Of a DNA stretch of 64,000 bases, positions 23,501 to 38,100 are shown one piece after another. How positions within the stretch are numbered: the first letter of the stretch is position 1; every line of letters begins with the position of its first letter. A model generated the notes under the pieces. That model was not told the DNA's origin, searched no databases, and saw only the letters and a list, made by a program, of their open reading frames with translations. The position numbers and the translations under genes are program-made. Origin of the DNA: Antedon mediterranea (Eukaryota > Animalia > Echinodermata); the NCBI RefSeq assembly GCF_964355755.1, contig NC_092673.1:3720001-3784000 (forward strand), in the 5' to 3' direction.

Positions 23501-26500
23501 TATTTGTGAGAAAAACGGCGGATTGTTCCTGGGATTCACTAGGTGGGATTATACTAGGGTACCCCCTTAGTCGTCCAGTATAAGTTAGAGTGGGACCAAT
23601 GGTCCCGTTTACTCAGCCCTCATCTTTAAAATTTGAGTGTAACTCAATTACAATTTTTAAAATATAGTTAAATTTGAAACTGTATTTGTGAGAAAATGGC
23701 GGATTGTTCCTGGGAGTCACTTGGTGGGATTAAACTAGGGTACCCCCTTAGTCGTCCAGTATAAGTTAGAGTGCGACCACTGGTCCCGTTTACTCAGCCC
23801 TCATCTTTAAAATTTGAGTGTAACTCAATTACAATTTTTAAAATATAGTTAAATTTGAAACTGTATTGGTGAGAAAATGGCGGATTGTTCCTGGGAGTCA
23901 CTTGGTGGGATTATACTAGGATACCTCCTTAGTCGTACACTATAAGTTAGAGTGGGACCACTGGTACTATTTACTCAGCCCTCATCTTTTAAATTTGAGT
24001 GTAACTCATTTACGATATAAAAAATATAGTGAAATTTGATACTGTATTTGTGAGAAAATGGCGGATTGTTCCTGGGAGTCACTTGGTGGGATTATACTAG
24101 GGTACCTCCTTAGTTGTCCAGTATAAGTTAGAGTGGGACCACTGGTCCCGTTTACTCAGCCCTCATCTTTAACATTTGAGTGTAACTCATTTACGATTTT
24201 TAAAATATAGTGAAATTTGATACTGTATTTGTGAGAAAACGGCGGATTGTTCCTGAGAGTCACTTGGTGGGATTATACTAGGGTGCCTCCTTAGTAGTCC
24301 AGTATAAGTTAGAGTGGGACCACTGGTCCCGTTTACTCAGCCCTCATCTTTTAAATTTGAGTGTAACTCATTTACGATTTAAAAAATATAGTGAAATTAG
24401 ATACTGTATTTGTGAGAAAACGGCGGATTGTTCCTGGGAGTCACATGGTGGCATTATACTAAGGTACGCCCTTAGTCGTCCAGTATAAGTTAGAGTGCGA
24501 CCACTGGTTCCGTTTACTCAGCCCTCATCTTTTAAATTTGAGTGTAACTCAATTGCGGTAAACATTTTTAAAATATAGTGAAAATTGATACTGTATTTGT
24601 GAGAAAATGGCGGATTTTTCCTTGGAGTCACTTGGTGGGATTATACTAGGGTACCTCCTTAGTTGTCCAGTAGAAGTTAGAGTGGGACCACTGGTCCCGT
24701 TTACTCAGCCCTCATCTTTAACGTTTGAGGGTAACTCAATTACGATTAATATTTTAAAATATAGTGAAATTTGATACTGTATTTGTGAGAAAATGGCGGA
24801 TTGTTCCCGAGAGTCACTTGGTGGGATTATACTAGGGTACCTCCTTAGTTGTCCAGTTTAAGTTAGAGTGGGACCACTGGTCCCGTTTACTCAGCCCTTA
24901 TCTTTAAAATTTGAGTGTAACTCATTTACGATTAATATTTTAAAATATAGTGAAATTTGATACTGTATTTGTGAGAAAATGGCGGATTGTTCCTGGGAGC
25001 CACTTGGTGGGATTATACTAGGGTACCCCCTTAGTTGTCCAGTATAAGTTAGAGTGGGACCACTGGTCCCGTTTACTCAGCCCTCATCTTTAAAATTTGA
25101 GTGTAACTCATTTACGATTTTAAAAATATAGTGAAATTTGATACTGTATTTGTGAGAAAACGGCGGATTGTTCCTGGGAGTCACATGGTGGCATTATACT
25201 AAGGTACGTCCTTAGTCGTCCAGTAGAAGTTAGAGTGGGACCACTGGTCCCGTTTACTCAGCCCTCATCTTTAACATTTGAGTGTAACTCAATTACGATT
25301 AATATTTTAAAATATAGTGAAATTTGATACTGTATTTGTGAGAAAATGGCGGATTGTTCCCGAGAGTCACTTGGTGGGATTATACTAGGGTACCTCCTTA
25401 GTTGTCCAGTTTAAGTTAGAGTGGGACCACTGGTCCCGTTTACTCCGCCCTTATCTTTAAAATTTGAGTGTAACTCAATTACGGTAAAACATTTTAAAAT
25501 ATAGTGAAAATTGATACTGTAATTGTGAGAAAATGGCGGATTGTTCCTGGGAGCCACTTGGTGAGATTATACTAGGGTACCCCCTTAGTTGTGCAGTATA
25601 AGTTAGAGTGGGACCACGGGTCCCGTTTACTCAGCCCTCATCTTTAAAATTTGAGTGTAACTCATTTACGATTTTTAAAATATAGTAAAATTTGAAACTG
25701 TATTTGTGAGAAAACGGCGGATTGTTCTTGAGAGTCACTTGGTGGGATTATATTAGGGTACCTCCTTAGTTGTCCAGTATAAGTTAGAGTGGGACCACTG
25801 GTCCCGTTTACTCAGCCCTCATCTTTAAAATTTGAGTGTAACTCATTTACGATTTTAAAAATATAGTGAAATTTGATACTGTATTTGTGAGAAAACGGCG
25901 GATTGTTCCTGGGAGTCACATGGTGGCATTATACTAAGGTACGTCCTTAGTCGTCCAGTATAAGTTAGAGTGCGACCACTGGTTCCGTTTACTCAGCCCT
26001 CATGTTTTAAATTTAAGTGTAACTCAATTACTGTAAAAAATTTTAAAATATAGTGAAAATTGATACTGTATTTGTGAGAAAATGGCGGATTGTTCCTTGG
26101 ATTCACTTGGTGGGATTATACTAAGGTACCTCCTTAGTTGTCCAGTAGAAGTTAGAGTGGGACCACTGGTCCCGTTTACTCAGCCCTCATCTTTAACGTT
26201 TGAGTGTAACTCAATTACGATTAATATTTTAAAATATAGTGAAATTTGATACTGTATTTGTGAGAAAATGGCGGATTGTTCCTGGGAGTCACTTGGTGGG
26301 ATTATACTAGGGTACCTCCTTAGTTGTCCAGTATAAGTTAGAGTGGGACCACTGGTCCCGTTTACTCAGCCCTCATCTTTAACATTTGAGTGTAACTCAT
26401 TTACGATTTTTAAAATATAGTGAAATTTGATACTGTATTTGTGAGAAAACGGCGGATTGTTCCTGAGAGTCACTTGGTGGGATTATACTAGGGTGACTCC

Positions 26501-29500
26501 TTAGTAGTCCAGTATAAGTTAGAGTGGGACCACTGGTCCCGTTTACTCAGCCCTCATCTTTTAAATTTGAGTGTAACTCATTTACGATTTTAAAAATATA
26601 GTGAAATTAGATACTGTATTTGTGAGAAAACGGCGGATTGTTCCTGGGAGTCACATGGTGGCATTATACTAAGGTACGCCCTTAGTCGTCCAGTATAAGT
26701 TAGAGTGCGACCACTGGTTCCGTTTACTCAGCCCTCATCTTTTAAATTTGAGTGTAACTCAATTACGGTAAAAAATTTTAAAATATAGTGAAAATTGATA
26801 CTGTATTTGTGAGAAAATGGCGGATTGTTCCTTGGAGTCACTTGGTGGGATTATACTAGGGTACCTCCTTAGTTGTCCAGTAGAAGTTAGAGTGGGACCA
26901 CTGGTCCCGTTTACTCAGCCCTCATCTTTAACGTTTGAGGGTAACTCAATTACGATTAATATTTTAAAATATAGTGAAATTTGATACTGTATTTGTGAGA
27001 AAATGGCGGATTGTTCCCGAGAGTCACTTGGTGGGATTATACTAGGGTACCTCTTTAGTTGTCCAGTTTAAGTTAGAGTGGGACCACTGGTCCCGTTTAC
27101 TCAGCCCTAATCTTTAAAATTTGAGTGTAACTCATTTACGATTAATATTTTAAAATATAGTGAAATTTGATACTGTATTTGTGAGAAAATGGCAGATTGT
27201 TCCTGGGAGCCAATTGGTGGGATTATACTAGGGTACCCCCTTAGTTGTGCAGTATAAGTTAGAGTGGGACCACTGGTTCCGTTTACTCAGGCCTCATCTT
27301 TAAAATTTGAGTGTAACTCATTTACGATTTTTAAAATATAGTAAAATTTGAAACTGTATTTGTGAGAAAACGGCGGATTGTTCCTGAGAGTCACTTGGTG
27401 GGATTATACTAAGGTACCTCTTTAGTTGTCCAGTATAAGTTAGAGTGGGACCACTGGTCCCGTTTACTCAGCCCTCATCCTTAAAATTTGAGTGTAACTC
27501 ATTTACGATTTTAAAAATATAGTGAAATTTGATACTGTATTTGTGAGAAAACGGCGGATTGTTCCTGGGAGTCACATGGTGGAATTATACTAAGGTACGT
27601 CCTTAGTCGTCCAGTAGAAGTTAGAGTGGGACCACTGGTCCCGTTTACTCAGCCCTCATCTTTAACGTTTGAGTGTAACTCAATTACGATTAATATTTTA
27701 AAATATAGTGAAATTTGATACTGTATTTGTGAGAAAATGGCGGATTGTTCCCGAGAGTCACTTGGTGGGATTATACTAGGGTACCTCCTTAGTTGTCCAG
27801 TTTAAGTTAGAGTGGGACCACTGGTCCCGTTTACTCAGCCCTTATCTTTAAAATTTGAGTGTAACTCAATTACGGTAAAACATTTTAAAATATAGTGAAA
27901 ATTGATACTGTATTTGTGAGAAAATGGCGGATTTTTCCTTGGAGTCACTTGGTGGGATTATACTAGGGTACCTCCTTAGTTGTCCAGTAGAAGTTAGAGT
28001 AGGACCACTGGTCCCGTTTACTCAGCCTTCATCTTTAACGTTTGAGTGTAACTCAATTACGATTAATATTGTAAAATATAGTGAAATTTGATACTGTATT
28101 TGTGAGAAAATGGCGGATTGTTCCCGAGAGTCACTTGGTGGGATTATATTAAGGTACCTCCTTAGTTGTCCAGTATAAGTTAGAGTGGGACCACTGGTCC
28201 CGTTTACTCAGCCCTCATCTTTAACATTTGAGTGTAACTCATTTACGATTTTTAAAATATAGTGAAATTTGATACTGTATTTGTGAGAAAACGGCGGATT
28301 GTTCCTGAGAGTCACTTGGTGGGATTATACTAGGGTGACTCCTTAGTAGTCCAGTATAAGTTAGAGTGGGACCACTGGTCCCGTTTACTCAGCCCTCATC
28401 TTTTAAATTTGAGTGTAACTCATTTACGATTTTAAAAATATAGTGAAATTAGATACTGTATTTGTGAGAAAACGGCGGATTGTTCCTGGGAGTCACATGG
28501 TGGCATTATACTAAGGTACGCCCTTAGTCGTCCAGTATAAGTTAGAGTGCGACCACTGGTTCCGTTTACTCAGCCCTCATCTTTTAAATTTGAGTGTAAC
28601 TCAATTACGGTAAAAATTTTTAAAATATAGTGAAAATTGATACTGTATTTGTGAGAAAATGGCGGATTGTTCCTTGGAGTCACTTGGTGGGATTATACTA
28701 GGGTACCTCCTTAGTTGTCCAGTAGAAGTTAGAGTGGGACCACTGGTCCCGTTTACTCAGCCCTCATCTTTAACGTTTGAGGGTAACTCAATTACGATTA
28801 ATATTTTAAAATATAGTGAAATTTGATACTGTATTTGTGAGAAAATGGCGGATTGTTCCCGAGAGTCACTTGGTGGGATTATACTAGGGTACCTCTTTAG
28901 TTGTCCAGTTTAAGTTAGAGTGGGACCACTGGTCCCGTTTACTCAGCCCTAATCTTTAACATTTGAGTGTAACTCATTTACGATTAATATTTTAAAATGT
29001 AGTGAAATTTGATACTGTATTTGTGAGAAAATGGCAGATTGTTCCTGGGAGCCAATTGGTGGGATTATACTAGGGTACCCCCTTAGTTGTGCAGTATAAG
29101 TTAGAGTGGGACCACTGGTTCCGTTTACTCAGGCCTCATCTTTAAAATTTGAGTGTAACTCATTTACGATTTTTAAAATATAGTAAAATTTGAAACTGTA
29201 TTTGTGAGAAAACGGCGGATTGTTCCTGAGAGTCACTTGGTGGGATTATACTAAGGTACCTCCTTAGTTGTCCAGTATAAGTTAGAGTGGGACCACTGGT
29301 CCCGTTTACTCAGCCCTCATCCTTAAAATTTGAGTGTAACTCATTTACGATTTTAAAAATATAGTGAAATTTGATACTGTATTTGTGAGAAAACGGCGGA
29401 TTGTTCCTGGGAGTCACATGGTGGAATTATACTAAGGTACGTCCTTAGTCGTCCAGTAGAAGTTAGAGTGGGACCACTGGTCCCATTTACTCAGCCCTCA

Positions 29501-32144
29501 TCTTTAACGTTTGAGTGTAACTCAATTACGATTAATATTTTAAAATATAGTGAAATTTGATACTGTATTTGTGAGAAAATGGCGGATTGTTCCCGAGAGT
29601 CACTTGGTGGGATTATACTAGGGTACCTCCTTAGTTGTCCAGTTTAAGTTAGAGTGGGACCACTGGTCCCGTTTACTCAGCCCTTATCTTTAAAATTTGA
29701 GTGTAACTCAATTACGGTAAAACATTTTAAAATATAGTGAAAATTGATACTGTATTTGTGAGAAAATGGCGGATTTTTCCTTGGAGTCACTTGGTGGGAT
29801 TATACTAGGGTACCTCCTTAGTTGTCCAGTAGAAGTTAGAGTAGGACCACTGGTCCCGTTTACTCAGCCCTCATCTTTAACGTTTGAGTGTAACTCAATT
29901 ACGATTAATATTGTAAAATATAGTGAAATTTGATACTGTATTTGTGAGAAAATGGCGGATTGTTCCCGAGAGTCACTTGGTGGGATTATACTAAGGTACC
30001 TCCTTAGTTGTCCAGTTTAAGTTAGAGTGGGACCACTGGTTCCGTTTACTCAGCCCTTATCTTTAAAATTTGAGTGTAATTCATTTACGATTAATATTTT
30101 AAAATATAGTGAAAGTTGATACTGTATTTGTGAGAAAATGGCGGATTGTTCCTGGGAGCCACTTGGTGAGATTATACTAGGGTACCCCCTTAGTTGTGCA
30201 GTATAAGTTAGAGTGGGACCACTGGTCCCGTTTACTCAGCCCTCATCTTTAAAATTTGAGTGTAACTCATTTACGATTTTTAAAATATAGTAAAATTTGA
30301 AACTGTATTTGTGAGAAAACGGCGGATTGTTCCTGAAAGTCACTTGGTGGGATTATACTAGGGTACCTCCTTAGTTGTCCAGTATAAGTTAGAGTGGGAC
30401 CACTGGTCCCGTTTACTCAGCCCTCATCTTTAAAATTTGAGTGTAACTCATTTACGATTTTAAAAATATAGTGAAATTTGATACTGTATTTGTGAGAAAA
30501 CGGCGGATTGTTCCTGGGAGTCACATGGTGGCATTATACTAAGGTACGTCCTTAGTCGTCCAGTATAAGTTAGAATGCGACCACTGGTTCCGTTTACTCA
30601 GCCCTCATGTTTTAAATTTGAGTGTAACTCAATTACTGTAAAAAATTTTAAAATATAGTGAAAATTGATACTGTATTTGTGAGAAAATGGCGGATTGTTC
30701 CTTGGAGTCACTTGGTGGGATTATACTAGGGTACCTCCTTAGTTGTCCAGTAGAAGTTAGAGTGGGACCACACTGGTCCCGTTTATTCAGCCCTCATCTT
30801 TAACGTTTGAGTGTAACTCAATTACGATTAATATTGTAAAATATAGTGAAATTTGATACTGTATTTGTGAGAAAATGGCGGATTGTTCCCGAGAGTCACT
30901 TGGTGGGATTATACTAGGGTACCTCCTTAGTGGTCCAGTTTAAGTTAGAGTGGGACCACTGGTCCCGTTTACTCAGCCCTTATCTTTAAAATTTGAGTGT
31001 AACTCATTTACGATTAATATTTTAAAATATAGTGAAATTTGATACTGTATTTGTGAGAAAATGGCGGATTGTTCCTGGGAGCCACTTGGTGGGATTATAC
31101 TAGGGTACCCTCTTAGTTGTGCAGTATAAGTTAGAGTGGGACCACTGGTCCCGTTTACTCAGCCCTCATCTTTAAAATTTGAGTGTAACTCATTTACGAT
31201 TTTTAAAATATAGTAAAATTTGAAACTGTATTTGTGAGAAAACGGCGGATTGTTCCTGAGAGTCACTTGGTGGGATTATACTAGGGTACCTCCTTAGTTG
31301 TCCAGTATAAGTTAGAGTGGGACCACTGGTCCCGTTTACTCAGCCCTCATCTTTAAAATTTGAGTGTAACTAATTTACGATTTTAAAAATATAGTGAAAT
31401 TTGATACTGTATTTGTGAGAAAACGGCGGATTGTTCCTGGGAGTCAAATGGTGGCATTATACTAAGGTACGTCCTTAGTCGTCCAGTATAAGTTGGAGTG
31501 CGACCACTGGTTCCGTTTACTCAGCCCTCATCTTTTAAATTTGAGTGTAACTCAATTACGGTAAAAAAATTTAAAATATAGTGAAAATTGATACTGTATT
31601 TGTGAGAAAATGGCGGATTGTTCCTTGGAGTCACTTGGTGGAATTATACTAGGGTACCTCCTTAGTTGTCCAGTAGAAGTTAGAGTGGGACCACTGGTCC
31701 CGTTTACTCAGCCCTCATCTTTAAAATTTGAGTGTAACTCATTTACGATTTTTAAAATATAGTAAAATTTGAAACTGTATTTGTGAGAAAACGGCGGATT
31801 GTTCCTGAGAGTCACTTGGTGGGATTATAGTAGGGTACCTCCTTAGTTGTCCAGTATAAGTTAGAGTGGGACCACTGGTCCCGTTTACTCAGCCCTCATC
31901 TTTAAAATTTGAGTGTAACTCATTTACGATTTTTAAAATATAGTGAAATTTGATACTGTATTTGTGAGAAAACGGCGGATTGTTCCTGAAAGTCACTTGG
32001 TGGGATTATACTAGGGTACCCCCTTAGTCGTCCAGTATAAGTTAGAGTGGGACCACTGGTCCCGTTTACTCAGCCCTCATCTTTAAAATTTGAGTGTAAC
32101 TCATTTACGATTTTTAAAATATAGTTTAGAGTGGGACCACTGGT
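23501..32144 (+). repeat. Left satellite arm: about 47 tandem 181-186-bp monomers
   Basis: GTGAGAAAA at 23506, 23688 and 23869 gives a 181-182-bp period. The variant CACATGG recurs every 4-6 monomers, and there is a 1842-bp (10-mer) duplication (CAATT at 27211 and 29053). Confidence 0.95.
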
Positions 32145-35100
32145 ACAAATTTCACTATATTTTATTTTTTTTATTTTTTTTATTTATTAATTTAAAAGAT
32201 GAGGGCTGAGTAAACGGAACAAGTGGTACCACTCTAACTTTTACTGGACGACCAAGGAGGTACCCTAGTACAATCCCACCAAGTGACTCTCAGGAACAAT
32301 CCGCCATTTTTTCACAAATACAGTTTCAAATTTCACTATATTTTAAAAATCGTAAATGAGTTACACTCAAATTTTAAAAATGAGGGCTGAGTAAACGGGA
32401 CCAGTGGTCCCACTCTAACTTATACTGGACGACTAAGTGGGTACCCAAGTATAATCCCACCAAGTGACTCCCAGGAACAATCCGCCATTTTCTCACAAAT
32501 ACAGTATCAAATTTCACTATATTTTTAAAATCGTAAATGAGTTACACTCAAATTTTAAAGATGAGGGCTGAGTAAACCGGACCAGTGGTCCCACTCTAAC
32601 TTATACTGGACGACTAAGGGGGTACCCTAGTATAATCCCACCAAGTGACTGCCAGGAACAATCCGCCATTTTCTCACAAATACAGTATCAAATTTAACTA
32701 TATTTTAAAATATTAATCGTAATTGAGTTACACTCAAATTTTAAAGATAAGGGCTGAGTAAACGGGACCAGTGGTCCCACTCTAACTTAAACTGGACAAC
32801 TAAGGAGGTACCCTAGTATAATCCCACCAAGTGACTCCCAGGAACAATCCGCCATTTTCTCACAAATACAGTATCAATTTTCACTATATTTTAAATGTTT
32901 TTATCGTAATTGAGTTACACTCAAATTTAAAAGATGAGGGCTGAGTAAACGGAACCAGTGGTCGCATTCTAACTTATACTGGACGACTAAGGACGTACCT
33001 TAGAGTATTATCCCACCATGTGACTCCCAGGAAAAATCCGCCGTTTTCTCACAAATACAGTATCTAATTTCTCTATATTTTTAAAATCGTAAATGAGTTA
33101 CACTCTAATTTAAAAGATGAGGGCTGAGTAAACGGGAACAGTGGTCCCACTCTAACTTCTACTGGACGACTAAGGAGGCACCCTAGTATAATCCCACCAA
33201 GTGACTCTCAGGAACAATCCGCCGTTTTCTCACAAATACAGTATCAAATTTTACTATATTTTAAAAATCGTAAATGAGTTACACTCAAATTTAAAAGATG
33301 AGGGCTGAGTAAACGGGACCAGTGGTCCCACTCTAACTTATACTGGACGACTAAGGGGGTACCCTAGTATAATCCCACCAAGTGACTCTAAGGAACAATC
33401 CGCCGTTTTCTCACAAATACAGTATCAAATTTCACTATATTTTAAAAATCGTAAATGAGTTACACTCATATTTTTAAGATGAGGGCTGAGTAAACGGGAC
33501 CAGTGGTCCCACTCTAACTTATACTGGACAACTAAGAAGGTACCCTACTATAATCCCACAAAGTGACTCCCAGGAACAATCCGCCATTTTCTCACAAATA
33601 CAGTATCAAATTTCACTATATTTTTAAAAATCGTAAATGAGTTACACTCAAATTTTAAAGATGAGGGCTTAGTAAACGGGACCAGTGGTCCCACTATAAC
33701 TTATACTGGACGGCTAAGGGTACGGTGTACCCTAGTATAATCCCACCAAGTGACTCTCAGGAACAATCCGCCGTTTTCTCACAAATACAGTTTCAAATTT
33801 CACTATAATTTAAAAATCGTAAATGAGTTACACTCAAATTTTAAAGATGAGGGCTGAGTAAACGGGACAAGTGGTCCCACTCTAACTTATACTGGACGAC
33901 TAAGGGGGTACCCTAGTATAATCCCACCAAGTGACTCCAAGGAACAATCCGCCATTTTCTCACAAATACAGTATCAAATTTCACTATATTTTAAAAATCG
34001 TAAATGAGTTACACTCAAATTTTAAAGATGAGGGCTGAGTAAACCGGACCAGTGGTCCCACTCTAACTTATACTGGACGACTAAGGAGGTACCCTAGTAT
34101 AATCCCACCAAGTGACTCCCAGGAACAATCCGCCATTTTCTCACAAATACAGTATCAATTTTCACTATATTTTAAATTTTTTAATCGTAATTGAGTTACA
34201 CTCAAATTTAAAAGATGAGGGCTGAGTAAACGGAACCAGTGGTCGCACTCTAACTTATACTGGACGACCAAGGACGTACCTTAGTATAATCCCACCATGT
34301 GACTCCCAGGAAAAATCCGCCGTTTTCTCACAAATACAGTATCTAATTTCTCTATATTTTTAAAATCGTAAATGAGTTACACTCAAATTTAAAAGATGAG
34401 GGCTGAGTAAACGGGACCAGTGGTCCCACTCTAACTTCTACTGGACGACTAAGGAGGCACCCTAGTATAATCCCACCAAGTGACTCTCAGGAACAATCCG
34501 CCGTTTTCTCACAAATACAGTATCAAATTTTACTATATTTTAAAAATCGTAAATGAGTTACACTCAAATTTAAAAGATGAAGGCTGAGTAAACGGGACCA
34601 GTGGTCCCACTCTAACTTATACTGGACGACTAAGGGGGTACCCTAGTATAATCCCACCAAGTGACTCTAAGGAACAATCCGCCGTTTTCTCACAAATACA
34701 GTATCAAATTTCACTATATTTTAAAAATCGTAAATGAGTTACACTCAAATTTTAAAGATGAGGGCTGAGTAAACGGGACCAGTGGTCCCACTCTAACTTA
34801 TACTGGATAACTAAGAAGGTACCCTAGTATAATCCCACAAAGTGACTCCCAGGAACAATCCGCCATTTTCTCACAAATACAGTATCAAATTTCACTATAT
34901 TTTTTAAAATCGTAAATGAGTTACACTCAAATTTTAAAGATGAGGGCTTAGTAAACGGGACCAGTGGTCCCACTATAACTTATACTGGACGACTAAGGGT
35001 ACGGTGTACCCTAGTATAATCCCACCAAGTGACTCTCAGGAACAATCCGCCGTTTTCTCACAAATACAGTTTCAAATTTCACTATATTTTAAAAATCGTA

Positions 35101-38100
35101 AATGAGTTACACTCAAATTTTAAAGATGAGGGCTTAGTAAACGGGACCAGTGGTCCCACTATAACTTATACTGGACGACTAAAGGGGTACCCTAGTATAA
35201 TCCCACCAAGTGACTCCAAGGAACAATCCGCCATTTTCTCACAAATACAGTATCAAATTTCACTATATTTTAAAAATCGTAAATGAGTTACACTCAAATT
35301 TTAAAGATGAGGGCTGAGTAAACCGGACCAGTGGTCCCACTCTAACTAATACTGGACGACTAAGGAGGTACCCTAGTATAATCCCACCAAGTGACTCCCA
35401 GGAACAATCCGCCGTTTTCTCACAAATACAGTATCAAATTTCACTATATTTTAAAATATTAATCGTAATTGAGTTACACTAAAAAACTTTAAAGATGAGG
35501 GCTGAGTAAACGGAACCAGTGGTCGCACTCTAACTTAAACTGGACGACTAAGGACGTACCCTAGTATAATCCCACCAAGTGACTCCCAGGAACAATCCGC
35601 CATTTTCTCACAAATACAGTATCAATTTTCACTATATTTTAAAAATGTTATCGTAATTGAGTTACACTCAAATTTAAAAGATGAGGGCTGAGTAAACGGG
35701 ACCAGTGGTCCCACTCTAACTTATAGTGGACGGATATTGAGGTTCCCTAGTATAATCCCACCAAGTGACTCCCAGGAACAATCCGCCATTTTCTTACAAA
35801 TACAGTATCAAATTTCACTATATTTTAAAATATTAATCGTAAGTGAGTTAAACTCAAATTTAAAAGATGAGGGCTGAGTAAACGGGACCAGTGGTCCAAC
35901 TCTAACTTTACTGGACCACTAAGGAGGTACCCTAGTATAATCCCACCAAGTGACTCCCAGGAACAATCGGCCATTTTCTCACAAATACAGTATCAAATTT
36001 CACTATATTTTAAAATATTAATCGTAATTGAGTTACACTCAAATTTAAGAGATGACGGTTTAGTAAACGGGGCCAGTGGTCCCACTCTAACTTATACTGG
36101 ACGACTAATGACGTACCCTAGTATAATCCCACCATGTGACTCCCAGAAACAATCCGCCGTTTTCTCACAAATACAGTATCAAATTTCACTATTTTTTTAA
36201 AATCGTAAATGAGTTACACTCAAATTTAAAAGATGAGGGCTTAGAGTAAACGGGACCAGTGGTCCCACTTTAACTTATACTGGACGACTAAGGGGGTACC
36301 CTAGTATAATCCCACCAAATGACTCTCAGGAACAATCCGCCGTTTTCTCACAAATACAGTATCAAATTTCACTATATTTTTAAAATCGTAAATGAGTTAC
36401 ACTCAAATTTTAAAGATGAGGGCTGAGTAAACCGGACCAGTGGTCCCACTCTAACTTATACTGGACGACTAAGGGGGTACCCTAGTATAATCCCACCAAG
36501 TGACTGCCAGGAACAATCCGCCATTTTCTCACAAATACAGTATCAAATTTAACTATATTTTAAAATATTAATCGTAATTGAGTTACACTCAAATTTTAAA
36601 GATAAGGGCTGAGTAAACGGGACCAGTGGTCCCACTCTAACTTAAACTGGACAACTAAGGAGGTACCCTAGTATAATCCCACCAAGTGACTCCCAGGAAC
36701 AATCCGCCATTTTCTCACAAATACAGTATCAATTTTCACTATATTTTAAATGTTTTTATCGTAATTGAGTTACACTCAAATTTAAAAGATGAGGGCTGAG
36801 TAAACGGAACCAGTGGTCGCATTCTAACTTATACTGGACGACTAAGGACGTACCTTAGAGTATTATCCCACCATGTGACTCCCAGGAAAAATCCGCCGTT
36901 TTCTCACAAATACAGTATCTAATTTCTCTATATTTTTAAAATCGTAAATGAGTTACACTCTAATTTAAAAGATGAGGGCTGAGTAAACGGGAACAGTGGT
37001 CCCACTCTAACTTCTACTGGACGACTAAGGAGGCACCCTAGTATAATCCCACCAAGTGACTCTCAGGAACAATCCGCCGTTTTCTCACAAATACAGTATC
37101 AAATTTTACTATATTTTAAAAATCGTAAATGAGTTACACTCAAATTTAAAAGATGAGGGCTGAGTAAACGGGACCAGTGGTCCCACTCTAACTTATACTG
37201 GACGACTAAGGGGGTACCCTAGTATAATCCCACCAAGTGACTCTAAGGAACAATCCGCCGTTTTCTCACAAATACAGTATCAAATTTCACTATATTTTAA
37301 AAATCGTAAATGAGTTACACTCATATTTTTAAGATGAGGGCTGAGTAAACGGGACCAGTGGTCCCACTCTAACTTATACTGGACAACTAAGAAGGTACCC
37401 TACTATAATCCCACAAAGTGACTCCCAGGAACAATCCGCCATTTTCTCACAAATACAGTATCAAATTTCACTATATTTTTAAAAATCGTAAATGAGTTAC
37501 ACTCAAATTTTAAAGATGAGGGCTTAGTAAACGGGACCAGTGGTCCCACTATAACTTATACTGGACGGCTAAGGGTACGGTGTACCCTAGTATAATCCCA
37601 CCAAGTGACTCTCAGGAACAATCCGCCGTTTTCTCACAAATACAGTTTCAAATTTCACTATAATTTAAAAATCGTAAATGAGTTACACTCAAATTTTAAA
37701 GATGAGGGCTGAGTAAACGGGACAAGTGGTCCCACTCTAACTTATACTGGACGACTAAGGGGGTACCCTAGTATAATCCCACCAAGTGACTCCAAGGAAC
37801 AATCCGCCATTTTCTCACAAATACAGTATCAAATTTCACTATATTTTAAAAATCGTAAATGAGTTACACTCAAATTTTAAAGATGAGGGCTGAGTAAACC
37901 GGACCAGTGGTCCCACTCTAACTTATACTGGACGACTAAGGAGGTACCCTAGTATAATCCCACCAAGTGACTCCCAGGAACAATCCGCCATTTTCTCACA
38001 AATACAGTATCAATTTTCACTATATTTTAAATTTTTTAATCGTAATTGAGTTACACTCAAATTTAAAAGATGAGGGCTGAGTAAACGGAACCAGTGGTCG

